Positions 27,853 to 37,013 of a stretch of DNA of 64,000 nt are shown in pieces. The notes below the pieces were generated by a model. That model was given only the letters and a program-made list of their open reading frames with translations, did not search any database and was not told where the DNA came from. Origin of the DNA: Polyangiaceae bacterium (GTDB taxonomy: Bacteria; Myxococcota_A; Polyangia; Polyangiales; Polyangiaceae); contig JBILLK010000007.1 of NCBI GenBank assembly GCA_044376115.1, forward strand, positions 256,001 through 320,000, given 5' to 3'. The position numbers and the translations under genes are program-made. Every line of letters starts with the position of its first letter. The first letter of the stretch is position 1.

Positions 27853-30036
27853 ATGCGCATGCGAAGGTTTGCTTCAATCGGTTTGGCTTTGTCTCTCGGG
27901 TTGTGCTCGTTGCTCTCGAGCACCGGCTGCGCCAGCACGCTGACCACGCATGTGGAGTCCAAGGCTTCGCTGGGCCGCGTGGTGGTCTACCGGAACGGCA
28001 TCGCTTATTTCGAGCGCGCAGCCGAGGTGAGGGGGGACACCCTGGAGTTGAGTGTCCCTGGTGACAAGGTGGACGACTTTTTGAAGTCGTTGACCGTGAT
28101 CGATGCTGAGACCAAGAAGCCTGTGCCGATCTCGTATCCAACCACGCCTCCCGGCTCCGAGACGGGCCTGGTCGCGATGAAGATTCAGTTGCAGGAGCCC
28201 GGTTCGGAAGCGCGCCCCAAGAAGCTGCTGCTGACGTATGTGACCGAGGCTCCCAGTTGGAAGCCGAGCTATCGCGTCGTGCTCGGGGACAACGGTAAGG
28301 TCGAGCTCGAGGCTTGGGCCATCGTAGACAACACCAGCGGTGAAGATTGGCGCAGCGTACAGCTCGGCGTGGGCTCGAGTTCGGCGCTCTCCTTCCGTTT
28401 TGATCTCCACTCGGTGCGCACCGTACAGCGCGAGATGCTCGCTCCCACGGACCTATTTGCGCAGGCCCCGCCGACCGGAGCGCCTGTCTACGCTGGCAAC
28501 TACCAAGCCTACGGCGGCAGCATTGGCGGCACCTTCGATGACTCGACCATCGCGGAAGTCGAGCGCGCACAGCTCCTGGCGCTCGTAGATGAAGAAGCGC
28601 CTGCTGCTCCGTCCCAGCCTGCCCCCCGCGGCAAAACCAAGCCAACCAAGACTGCAACTTTGTCTGGACGTGGAGAATTCGGTGGTGGCGGCGTTGGAGC
28701 GGGAAGCTCCGCTCCGTCTCCCGCTCGCGCGCAGACGCGCGCCGAGCAAGAAGTCCAATCCATCGCTCGCCGCGCCAATAGCGAGAAGAAGAAGATCGTG
28801 GTCGAGGGCTTTGCCAAGAAGGATGACGCCGACCGAGCGGGCTCTGCGCTCGGTCGCGCCAATCGGCTTCGCGAGCAGCTGATCGCCAACGGGGTTGCAC
28901 CCGAGCAGATCGAGGCCGTCGCCAACACCGAGGTGACCACCGACAAGGGCGGCGCTCGCGTGCTCGAGGCCGCAGCTCCGCAGGCCCCGGCCGACGCCAA
29001 GCCGGTCGATCCCAACACCGGTCTGCTCGAGCCGATCGGCGTCAGCCACTTCGAGTCGAAGTCGCCGATGACCGTCAATCGCGGTACGAGCGCGATGGTC
29101 TCGATCCTCAAGAGCCAGACGCAAGGGGACGTCGTCTACCTCTACGACGCCGAATCCACGCGCGGTAACGACACCTTCGCCTTCAGGGCCGTGCGCTTGT
29201 CCAACCCCACCGACAGCACGCTGGAAACGGGGCCGGTCACCGTGTTTGGTCAAGGCCGTTTCATCGGTGAAGGCCTCACCGATCCGATCCCGGGAAAGAG
29301 CGTGAGCTTCATCCCGTTCGCTTTGGATCGTCAGGTCGTGGTCGAAGAGGCCCTCGATACGTCGGACGGTATCGCCCGCATCATCACGGCTCAGCGCGGC
29401 GTGCTCTCGACCGAGATGCGCCACACCAAGAAGCAGAAGCTCACCATCACCAACCGCCTCGATGCGCCGGCCTCGGTGTACGTGCGTCATACCGTGCCGA
29501 AAGGCTTCAAGCTCTCCAAGCACCCGGAGGCCGTCGAGCGCATCGGCGACGCGTACTTGTTCCGCGTGGAGGTCCCGGCCAAAGGCAAGGTCGACGTGCA
29601 GATCGAGGAGGAGACGCCGGTCTTCAAGACCGTGGATATCCGCTCGCCGGGGGGCATGGAACTCGTGCGCGCCTTCGTCTCGAGCGCCGCACTCGAAGGC
29701 GACGTCGCTGGCAAGCTCAAGGGGCTGCTGCAGCTGCAGAAGGATCTCGGCACGATCGAAGAACGCATCCTCACGCAGCGCGAGCAGATGGGCGAGTATC
29801 GCGCCCGCATGGACGAACTGCACGCCCAGCTCGTCACCTTGAAGTTGGTCAAGACGGCCGGCCCGCTGATGAAGAACCTCGAACTCAAGCTGGCGGAGGT
29901 CTCCGACAAGATCTCGAAAGCCACGGTCGATCTCGTGTCGCTCGAGGAGCAGCGGATGATCTCGCGCATCAAGCTGCAAGACGGCGTCGCCGAACTATCC
30001 CTCGACAAGAAGGAAGAAGTCATCGCATCGAAGTAA
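27853..30036 (+). CDS. DUF4139-domain lipoprotein with an internal OmpA-like domain
   Basis: RVVVYRNGIAYFER, DDFLKSL, PSWKPSYR, WAIVDNTSGEDW; IVVEGFA...RANRLREQLIANGV; C-terminal coiled coil. Confidence 0.82.
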   Translation: MRMRRFASIGLALSLGLCSLLSSTGCASTLTTHVESKASLGRVVVYRNGIAYFERAAEVRGDTLELSVPGDKVDDFLKSLTVIDAETKKPVPISYPTTPPGSETGLVAMKIQLQEPGSEARPKKLLLTYVTEAPSWKPSYRVVLGDNGKVELEAWAIVDNTSGEDWRSVQLGVGSSSALSFRFDLHSVRTVQREMLAPTDLFAQAPPTGAPVYAGNYQAYGGSIGGTFDDSTIAEVERAQLLALVDEEAPAAPSQPAPRGKTKPTKTATLSGRGEFGGGGVGAGSSAPSPARAQTRAEQEVQSIARRANSEKKKIVVEGFAKKDDADRAGSALGRANRLREQLIANGVAPEQIEAVANTEVTTDKGGARVLEAAAPQAPADAKPVDPNTGLLEPIGVSHFESKSPMTVNRGTSAMVSILKSQTQGDVVYLYDAESTRGNDTFAFRAVRLSNPTDSTLETGPVTVFGQGRFIGEGLTDPIPGKSVSFIPFALDRQVVVEEALDTSDGIARIITAQRGVLSTEMRHTKKQKLTITNRLDAPASVYVRHTVPKGFKLSKHPEAVERIGDAYLFRVEVPAKGKVDVQIEEETPVFKTVDIRSPGGMELVRAFVSSAALEGDVAGKLKGLLQLQKDLGTIEERILTQREQMGEYRARMDELHAQLVTLKLVKTAGPLMKNLELKLAEVSDKISKATVDLVSLEEQRMISRIKLQDGVAELSLDKKEEVIASK

Positions 30037-30050
30037 GGGACCGTGCGCCG

Positions 30051-30953
30051 CTACGGGAGCAACTCGTAGCGGCCGTCCTTCGCGACCTTGATACGCGGAA
30101 TGCGACGCGTTGATTCGAACGCCTCGAAGCCCGGCCGAAGCTCTCTCCAGAACGCGTGATTCGCTTCGTGGCGAGGGTCGTTCAGCAGCCCGTCGAAATC
30201 GCGCGACGGGAAGATGTGTACGTGGGTCTTCTGTCCGAGCATGAACGCTGACCAGCCGACGAGGTAGATCTCTTCGATCCGCTCGTCGGTCATGGCGATG
30301 CAGCCGATCGACGCGCAGTGACCGTGGATGAGGATGTCGCTGCCTGGCTTCCGGCCGCCTCGAACCTTGTCGGAGGCGTTGGGGTAATTGATCACTGCCG
30401 CGAGGTAGTAGGCGCTCGTGGGGTGGTAGTAGCTCACTTCGTAGAAGCCTTCTGGGACCTGTCGATCTCCCTCGTTGCGCTTGGGCCCGAGGTCGCCGCT
30501 GGCCGCGCAGATGCCATAGCTCGCGATGCGCGAAAGCTCGTGCTCGCCGTCCCCAGCCCAGAGCTCGAGCTGCCGCTCGGCCTTGAACACTCGGAACAGC
30601 ACGTCCTTCGCCGGGAACGTTACGCCGGCCTGCTCAAAGAGCTCGAGCACCGTTTCTTTGCGGGCGGCCTTGGCGTGGGCCACCCGTTCCGGGCCGCTCC
30701 GTGCAAGGTCTCCACTCCACTCGGTTGGCATACGCAGGTCTACAGGCGCTTCATTTGCAGGTTTTGGTGCAACGATCTCCACGGGCGCGGGAGGAACGAC
30801 CTCGCTCGGCTGCGCGATCGTCTGCGAGCTGTTTGCTTCGTCGTTGAGCGGCGAAGTGGACGTAACTCCAACCGAGTGCGGGCGCTTGAGCGCCGACGCG
30901 GCGTCGGCGCAACCCGTGAGCGAGAGCAGCAGCAAGCCAACGTTAAATCGCAT
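30051..30953 (-). CDS. L,D-transpeptidase-family (YkuD; YafK/DpaA-like) lipoprotein
   Basis: RVFKAERQLELW, GPKRNEGDRQVPEGFY, NYPNASD, IHGHCASIGC catalytic motif. Confidence 0.92.
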   Translation of the reverse strand: MRFNVGLLLLSLTGCADAASALKRPHSVGVTSTSPLNDEANSSQTIAQPSEVVPPAPVEIVAPKPANEAPVDLRMPTEWSGDLARSGPERVAHAKAARKETVLELFEQAGVTFPAKDVLFRVFKAERQLELWAGDGEHELSRIASYGICAASGDLGPKRNEGDRQVPEGFYEVSYYHPTSAYYLAAVINYPNASDKVRGGRKPGSDILIHGHCASIGCIAMTDERIEEIYLVGWSAFMLGQKTHVHIFPSRDFDGLLNDPRHEANHAFWRELRPGFEAFESTRRIPRIKVAKDGRYELLP

Positions 30954-31122
30954 TTCCGCTCAATCCGCACGGGGCGCCGAATTGTGACACGCAAGCGATC
31001 CTCGCCCATGGGTCGGTGCGGATCCAGATAGGACCGACGCGCAACCTACAGCCTCCTCCAAAACTTCCTCCCGTGCTGCATCGTGGTGAGAAAGGGCCGC
31101 TCAATTCTGCGATCATCCTCGC

Positions 31123-33126
31123 ATGCGTACCTTGCCCTTTGCATCGCTGATGACCGGCGTTCTCGTGACCGTCCTTGCCGCAGCTTGTGGGGACTCTGGT
31201 GTTGGTGGCAGCGCGGGCCAAGGGGCCAGCGGCGCAGCAGTCGGCACCGGGGCGAACGCAGGTGACACAGGCTCTGGCGCTTCGAGTTCCAGCTTCGCAG
31301 ATCCCGACATCGTCTCGGTGGTGGTCGATCCGCCCAACGCCACTATCGTGGTCGAGAACGGCGTCATCCCAGGCCCGACGCCGTTCAAGTTGATCGGCAC
31401 CACGTCCACCGGCAGCGAAGTCGAGTTGATCGCCACCTGGACCTTCGACCGACCGGATGTCGCTACCTCGAGTAGCTCGGGCGAGCTGACCGCTACCGGC
31501 TTCGTGGGTGGGAAGGGCAAGCTGCGCGGTCAGTTCGAGAACCTTTCGGCTATCGCAGACCTCACCGTGAAGCTGGTCTTCATCGAGGACCCGCTGGCGA
31601 TCGACGTGAACATCAAGGACGCGTTCGATAACGCCTCGGTCGACGATGCTTCGCTGACCCTGCTCTATCCCTACGACCAGACGGTCTTCCCGCGGGGGAT
31701 TTCGGGCCCGGTCGTGCAATGGAACGGCGGCGGCGCAGCGGATATCTACGAGATTCACGCGGACAGCGAGACCTTCGCCTACACCACGTGGGCCACGGCT
31801 GCCCCGCCGTCGCGCTTCGCCTTGCCGAGCGCCCCGAACGACATCTGGAAGTTGATGACCAACTCCACCGAAGGCAACGTCGCGCTCAGCGTGCAGCGCT
31901 ACGACGGCGCGCAAGCCTATCTCGCCAAGACCCAGACCTGGAAGATCGCCCCCGCGAATCTCGCAGGCACCATCTACTACTGGGAGATCAACCAAGGCAA
32001 CGTGGTCCGGCTCAAGCCTGGCGCGAGCGCACCCGAAGAATTCCTTCAGAAGCCCCCTGGAGTGACGTGCGTAGCGTGTCACAGCGTCTCGGCCAACGGC
32101 AGCACCTTGGTCGCCGGTTTTCACGGTGGCTACAGCCCGTGGGGGACCTTCAACACGCTCGATGGCGCCTCCATCTACGCGACCGATACGGCCTCAGGCT
32201 TCGAGGCAATTTCGCCCACGGGCAGTCACGTCCTCTACGGCCAGTCCACGGGTTCGAACACCCTCACGCTTTCGACCAGCACGGACCTCGCGACGATCGC
32301 CCAACTCACGCCGCCAGTCGGGCAGCCAGCGCATCCAACCTGGTCGACGGATGGAGGGAAAGTCGCCTACGGAGTTCGCACCAACGGCAACTGGCTCGAT
32401 TTTACCGCAGCTTCGCTCTACTCCGCTGACATCGATACAGCAGTGCCCTCGATCACCAACCAGGTTGAGCTGGTGCCCTCGAGTGCTGATGCTGCGTTTC
32501 CGGTCAACACCTATCCGTCGTTCAGCCCCGACTCCAAGTGGATCGCCTTCCAGCGCTCCAACACAGCGCGTACGCGAGCGGCGCTCGGTGAAGTGTGGCT
32601 CACCAACCTCGACGGTTCGGTGCGCTTGCCGCTGACCAAGATGAACGGCACAGGGATGCTGCCTGGCGTGGAAGGACAAGCGACGTACCAGCCAACCTTC
32701 TTGCCGGTCGCGGTGGGCGGTTACTTCTGGCTCGTGGCGGAATCGGAGCGCACCTACGGCAATACCCTCACCGACACAAACCCCAACACGCGCAGGAAGC
32801 AGCTCTGGGTTTCAGCCATCAACACTGATCCGCAAGCTGGCGCAGACCCCAGCCATCCCGGCTTCTGGTTGCCCGGTCAAGAGCTCACGAATCAAAACAT
32901 GCGCGGCGCTTGGGCGCTCGATCCCTGCAAGCCGCTCGGGGAATCGTGTGAAGCGGGCTTCGAATGTTGCGAGGGCTTCTGCGTCTTCGACCCGGAGGTG
33001 AACGACTACGTGTGTGGCGATCAGGAGGGCTGCTCCCCGAGTGGCAGCGCGTGCGAGACCGCCGAGGATTGCTGCGACACCGGCGCCCAATGCATCAACG
33101 GCTTCTGCGCGGGGGTTGCACAGTAG
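31123..33126 (+). CDS. TolB/PD40-like beta-propeller lipoprotein with a CxxCH motif and Cys-rich tail
   Basis: Lipobox LAAAC; LLYPYDQTVFPRG; CVACH; HPTWSTDG, YPSFSPDSKWIAF; DPSHPGFWLPGQ. Confidence 0.85.
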   Translation: MRTLPFASLMTGVLVTVLAAACGDSGVGGSAGQGASGAAVGTGANAGDTGSGASSSSFADPDIVSVVVDPPNATIVVENGVIPGPTPFKLIGTTSTGSEVELIATWTFDRPDVATSSSSGELTATGFVGGKGKLRGQFENLSAIADLTVKLVFIEDPLAIDVNIKDAFDNASVDDASLTLLYPYDQTVFPRGISGPVVQWNGGGAADIYEIHADSETFAYTTWATAAPPSRFALPSAPNDIWKLMTNSTEGNVALSVQRYDGAQAYLAKTQTWKIAPANLAGTIYYWEINQGNVVRLKPGASAPEEFLQKPPGVTCVACHSVSANGSTLVAGFHGGYSPWGTFNTLDGASIYATDTASGFEAISPTGSHVLYGQSTGSNTLTLSTSTDLATIAQLTPPVGQPAHPTWSTDGGKVAYGVRTNGNWLDFTAASLYSADIDTAVPSITNQVELVPSSADAAFPVNTYPSFSPDSKWIAFQRSNTARTRAALGEVWLTNLDGSVRLPLTKMNGTGMLPGVEGQATYQPTFLPVAVGGYFWLVAESERTYGNTLTDTNPNTRRKQLWVSAINTDPQAGADPSHPGFWLPGQELTNQNMRGAWALDPCKPLGESCEAGFECCEGFCVFDPEVNDYVCGDQEGCSPSGSACETAEDCCDTGAQCINGFCAGVAQ

Positions 33127-33171
33127 CTGCGGCTCAAGGCCTCGGGCTGCACGTGCCCGAGGCCAACGAGT

Positions 33172-34263
33172 TCATGGGCATGCCCAATCGGGGACTAGGC
33201 GCACGTTATCAATGCTCCAACCGCTGACCACGAGTGGCCTATCACCGCGTTTCAGCTCGACGCGGAAGCGCACTCGGAAGTCCGCCGATTTGAAGGCGGT
33301 TACGTCCGCTGAGTGAGCCGTCCAGTCGGATTCGGCGCTTGGCCCGGCGTCTTCAACCACCTGCCAGGTTCCATCACGCCAGACTTCAACCACTGCGGTT
33401 TGGTGTTCTCCATCGACGTTGAGCACGCTGTCCCATTTGAGGATCACAAGCCCACTTTCGTTCGATAGGTCCACGGCTTCGCTGGTTGCGGTCTCCGGAG
33501 CCTCGCGGTCGGTTTCTGTATCGGGAAGGTTGTCCCCGATGCGCGTTCCGAGCAAGTAGGCGCTGCCATCCGTATCTTTCGTGGGGTCGCCATAGGTGTC
33601 CTCGCTATGGCCCTTCGATAGCTTCGGTTCGCCGATCTCGAACAAGCCTAGCGGCCCACTCAACTTGAACGCGGAGCTCTCACCGAAGGTCTCGTGGAAC
33701 ATGCGATGAATCGGGAAAACGCAGCCTTCCTGGACGTCGCACAGGTCGAGGGTGCAGACGTCCTGATCACTGCACACCGCTGGCTCGTGGACGAGTCCAG
33801 TGAGCGAATCACAGCTATCGACGGTACAGGCGTCTCCATCAGAGGGTTCTAACGCTATCGACTCCACCTCGCCGTTGCTCGGCTCGCAGCGCTCCACCGT
33901 GCAAGCGTCACCGTCGTCTGGCGTCCACTCGAGGTGAAACGGCCCCGATAGGCTGTCGCAGTCGTCGACGGTGCAGGCATTGCCGTCATCGATGTTGACC
34001 GCATCAGCGACGCAGGTGCCGCTGACGCAGCGGTGCTCGGTGCAGGCGTCGCCGTCCTCACAATCCGCGTTGGCTTGGCATGGGCTTGGACCGCCATTGG
34101 GGTCGTTGAAGCTCGGTGGATCGTTTGCTTCGGGCTCGGAAGGCGGAGTTGCGCTGCTTCCGCCGTCATCGCCGCTGGATTCCACGCTGATCTCCTGTTC
34201 GCACGCAGGGAGCCAAATCAGTACAGCGCAAAGGAGTAACGAACTGTGTGCTTGGTTTCGCAT
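33172..34263 (-). CDS. Lipoprotein with Dictyostelium-type (DDGxACTxDxC) repeats and a C-terminal beta-sandwich domain
   Basis: Lipobox WLPAC; five DGxACTxxxC-type units; ends FRVRF...GWSIDNVRL. Confidence 0.8.
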   Translation of the reverse strand: MRNQAHSSLLLCAVLIWLPACEQEISVESSGDDGGSSATPPSEPEANDPPSFNDPNGGPSPCQANADCEDGDACTEHRCVSGTCVADAVNIDDGNACTVDDCDSLSGPFHLEWTPDDGDACTVERCEPSNGEVESIALEPSDGDACTVDSCDSLTGLVHEPAVCSDQDVCTLDLCDVQEGCVFPIHRMFHETFGESSAFKLSGPLGLFEIGEPKLSKGHSEDTYGDPTKDTDGSAYLLGTRIGDNLPDTETDREAPETATSEAVDLSNESGLVILKWDSVLNVDGEHQTAVVEVWRDGTWQVVEDAGPSAESDWTAHSADVTAFKSADFRVRFRVELKRGDRPLVVSGWSIDNVRLVPDWACP

Positions 34264-34295
34264 ATCAACCTCGTGAAAAGTAGGAAATCGGGGGG

Positions 34296-35363
34296 TTAGG
34301 GGCAGTTGCGGGCCGGCAGCAGACGCACGTCGTCCACACTCACCCCGCGCACATCCACGCCAGGGCTAACGGCAAAGCGAATGCGAAAATCAGCGTTGGC
34401 GTGGGCCGTGACATCGACCACCTCGGAGCTCCAACCCGCCTCTTCGAGTTCAGGCGAGAAGCTCTCCGCCCACGGTGAGTCCACAGTGACCCAGCTTTCG
34501 CCGTTCCATACTTGGACCTGGAAGTCGCCCGCCGCGATCGCGCCGCCGACTGCAAAGGTGTATTCGAGAAAGACCTCCCCCTTGGCCGACGACAGATCGA
34601 CGCCTGGGCTCGAGGCCACGATGGGCCCGGTGAACTCCGAGAAGGGAAGGCCTTCCCGTTGGGCTAGCCACAGACTGCGATTGTCGTCGCTGGCCGTGTG
34701 GTCGACCGAAGGCGCTGCCACCTCGGCAAAGCCACTCTCGTCTCGCACGCTGCCGATCGTCCACAGGGCGTCGAGTTGCCACGCATCTCCGCGCTCGAAC
34801 GTTTCGTGGAAGTAGACGACGGGAAGATGAAAGCAGCCCACATCGCTGTGACAGCCATCCTCGGTGCAAGCGCTCGCGTCATCGCAGTCGAGCGCCGTCC
34901 GAAACACGCCAACATCGCTGTCGCACGCGTCAATCGTGCAAACGTCCAAGTCGTCGAGGCGAACCGGAAGGTGAAGGGTCGCGCCGAACTCAGGCACGCA
35001 GATGTCCTCCGTGCAGGCGTCGCCATCGTCATCCGCGACGACCTCCCACGACCAGCCGAACTCGGGATCACAGGCTGCCACCATGCACGGATTCTCATGC
35101 TCACTTTCGGCGGCGGTGACGACGCAGAAGCCGGCTGATGAACAGGCCTCCGCGGTGCACGGATTCTCGTCGTCGCAGTCGCTGTCGGTGGCACAGCTGC
35201 GATGCAAGCTAACGGGGCCATCCTCGGACTCAGGCCCGGAGTCGTCCACCCAGTCAACGTCGGGAAACGTTGATTCGGGTGACTCTGCTGTGTCCTCAAG
35301 CTGGTAGCCCTCGGCGCAAGCGGTACAAAACAAGGGAAGTACGAGATGGTTCAGCAAGCGCAT
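34296..35363 (-). CDS. Paralog of the preceding gene
   Basis: GGAGG RBS; lipobox CTAC; DDxxxCTxxxC units; FHETF; FRIRF...GVSVDDVRL; ends in CP. Confidence 0.8.
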   Translation of the reverse strand: MRLLNHLVLPLFCTACAEGYQLEDTAESPESTFPDVDWVDDSGPESEDGPVSLHRSCATDSDCDDENPCTAEACSSAGFCVVTAAESEHENPCMVAACDPEFGWSWEVVADDDGDACTEDICVPEFGATLHLPVRLDDLDVCTIDACDSDVGVFRTALDCDDASACTEDGCHSDVGCFHLPVVYFHETFERGDAWQLDALWTIGSVRDESGFAEVAAPSVDHTASDDNRSLWLAQREGLPFSEFTGPIVASSPGVDLSSAKGEVFLEYTFAVGGAIAAGDFQVQVWNGESWVTVDSPWAESFSPELEEAGWSSEVVDVTAHANADFRIRFAVSPGVDVRGVSVDDVRLLPARNCP

Positions 35364-35404
35364 GGGCAGTAACCTCCGCTTTGGAAGACGGCCCGCTACT
35401 GGCT

Positions 35405-35452
35405 CGGCTCAAGAGAAAAGCGTCAATCGGTTGACAGTCGCCGCGTGAGCCG
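35405..35452. promoter_or_regulatory. Interrupted dyad in a divergent promoter region
   Basis: CGGCTCA-N10-GTCAA-N4-TTGAC-N10-TGAGCCG; includes TTGACA at 35431. Confidence 0.45.
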
Positions 35453-35481
35453 TGATAGCGAAGCTACCCTTAAGGAACCTT

Positions 35482-36417
35482 ATGGAACTCTCCGCTCGGA
35501 TCTTCGTTGCTGGACACAGAGGCCTGGTTGGTCGCGCGATCGTTCGTAGACTTCAAGCTTTGGGGGCGACGAACCTGCTGCTTCGTTCGCGTTCAGAGCT
35601 CGATCTCACGGACGCACAGGCGACTCGCAGCTTCTTTGAGGAAGCCAAGCCGGAGTACGTTTTTCTCGCTGCGGCTCGCGTGGGCGGGATCGCCGCGAAC
35701 AATCGTTACCCAGCCGATTTCATCCGCGACAACTTGCTGATCCAGACGCACGTGATTGACAGCGCGCATCGCGCGCAGGTCAAGAAGCTGCTGTTCTTGG
35801 GCTCGAGTTGCATCTACCCGAAGTTTGCGCCGCAACCGATTCCTGAATCGGCGCTGCTCACCGGCGCACTCGAAGCCACCAACGATGCCTACGCCGTTGC
35901 GAAGATCGCCGGCATCCAGATGTGTCAGTCGTACCACCGCCAACACGGCATGCGGGCGATCTCGCTGATGCCTACCAACCTCTACGGCCCGTTCGACAAC
36001 TTCGATCTCGAGAACTCCCACGTCTTGCCGGCGCTGATCCGAAAGTTCCACGAAGCGAAAGTGCGGCGGGCCAATGCCGTGGAGATCTGGGGTTCCGGCT
36101 CGCCGCGACGTGAGTTCCTATTCGTCGATGATCTCGCCGACGCGAGCATCTTTCTGATGAACGGTTATGAGTCGCCCGAGATCGTCAACGTTGGAGTTGG
36201 GGATGACGTCACCATCGCCGAACTCGCGGCGTTGGTTCAAAAGGTGGTTGGCTTCGAAGGGGAGCTCACCTTCGATCGCTCGCGGCCGGACGGAACGCCG
36301 CGCAAGCTGCTCGATGTGTCACGGCTCAGCGGCCTCGGCTGGCGAGCCAAGACCGAACTCGCGCACGGGATCGCTGCGACGTACGAGTGGTACCGTGCGA
36401 ATGGAGCGGCCGAGTGA
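35482..36417 (+). CDS. fcl: GDP-L-fucose synthase
   Basis: AGHRGLVG, AARVGGI, LGSSCIYP, YAVAK, PTNLYGP, SHVLPALIRK, PDGTPRK. Confidence 0.96.
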   Translation: MELSARIFVAGHRGLVGRAIVRRLQALGATNLLLRSRSELDLTDAQATRSFFEEAKPEYVFLAAARVGGIAANNRYPADFIRDNLLIQTHVIDSAHRAQVKKLLFLGSSCIYPKFAPQPIPESALLTGALEATNDAYAVAKIAGIQMCQSYHRQHGMRAISLMPTNLYGPFDNFDLENSHVLPALIRKFHEAKVRRANAVEIWGSGSPRREFLFVDDLADASIFLMNGYESPEIVNVGVGDDVTIAELAALVQKVVGFEGELTFDRSRPDGTPRKLLDVSRLSGLGWRAKTELAHGIAATYEWYRANGAAE

Positions 36418-37013
36418 CGCCCAGCCAACCCCTGCATGTGGTCGGTTTTGGCGGCACCTTGCGGCCGCGTTCTTCCACTGTTCGCGTGCTCGAGCGGGTG
36501 CTCTCCGAGGTCGAGGCACAGGGAGCAACGGTCGAGCTGTTGCAGCTGGAGCAGCTCGGTTTGCCGTTTTATGAGTGGGGGGTCGAGCCAACCGAGGGCG
36601 TGCATCGCCTCGTGCGCGCGTTCGCCAATGCTGACGCTCTCGTTTGGGCGAGCCCGCTCTATCACGGCACCATCAGTGGCGCCTTCAAGAACGCGCTCGA
36701 TTGGTTGGAGCTGCTCGCGCAGGAGAATCCGCCATACCTCAGTGACAAGCCCGTCGGACTTATTGGCGTAGCGGGCGGCGTTCAATCTTTGCAGGCGGTA
36801 TCGACGATGGAGCACATCGTTCGCTCGCTGCGCGGCTGGACGATCCCGATGGTGGTCGGCATCAATCGATCGCGCGAGCTCTTCGCCGAGGACGGCTCGA
36901 TCGCCGATGATCGCGCGCTCTCACAACTGAAGATCCTCGCCGGTGAGCTCGTGAAGTCGGCGAACCTCTTTCGTTCCGCGCGTGCTCTGTCCGCTCAGTC
37001 TGGCTCGAAGTAG
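36414..37013 (+). CDS. NADPH-dependent FMN reductase
   Basis: GGTLRPRS, SPLYHGTISGAFKNALDW, KPVGL; GTGA overlap with fcl. Confidence 0.92.
   Translation: MTPSQPLHVVGFGGTLRPRSSTVRVLERVLSEVEAQGATVELLQLEQLGLPFYEWGVEPTEGVHRLVRAFANADALVWASPLYHGTISGAFKNALDWLELLAQENPPYLSDKPVGLIGVAGGVQSLQAVSTMEHIVRSLRGWTIPMVVGINRSRELFAEDGSIADDRALSQLKILAGELVKSANLFRSARALSAQSGSK

Noticed and set aside
28453..29979. Long antisense ORFs here and at 11666-13012, 41042-42358 and 62123-63649
   Set aside because: Mirror ORFs of well-supported genes, caused by GC3 bias.
33172..35363. Similar adjacent sequences as a possible DGR template/variable repeat
   Set aside because: Similarity is protein-level across whole paralogs, not adenine-specific, and there is no reverse transcriptase.
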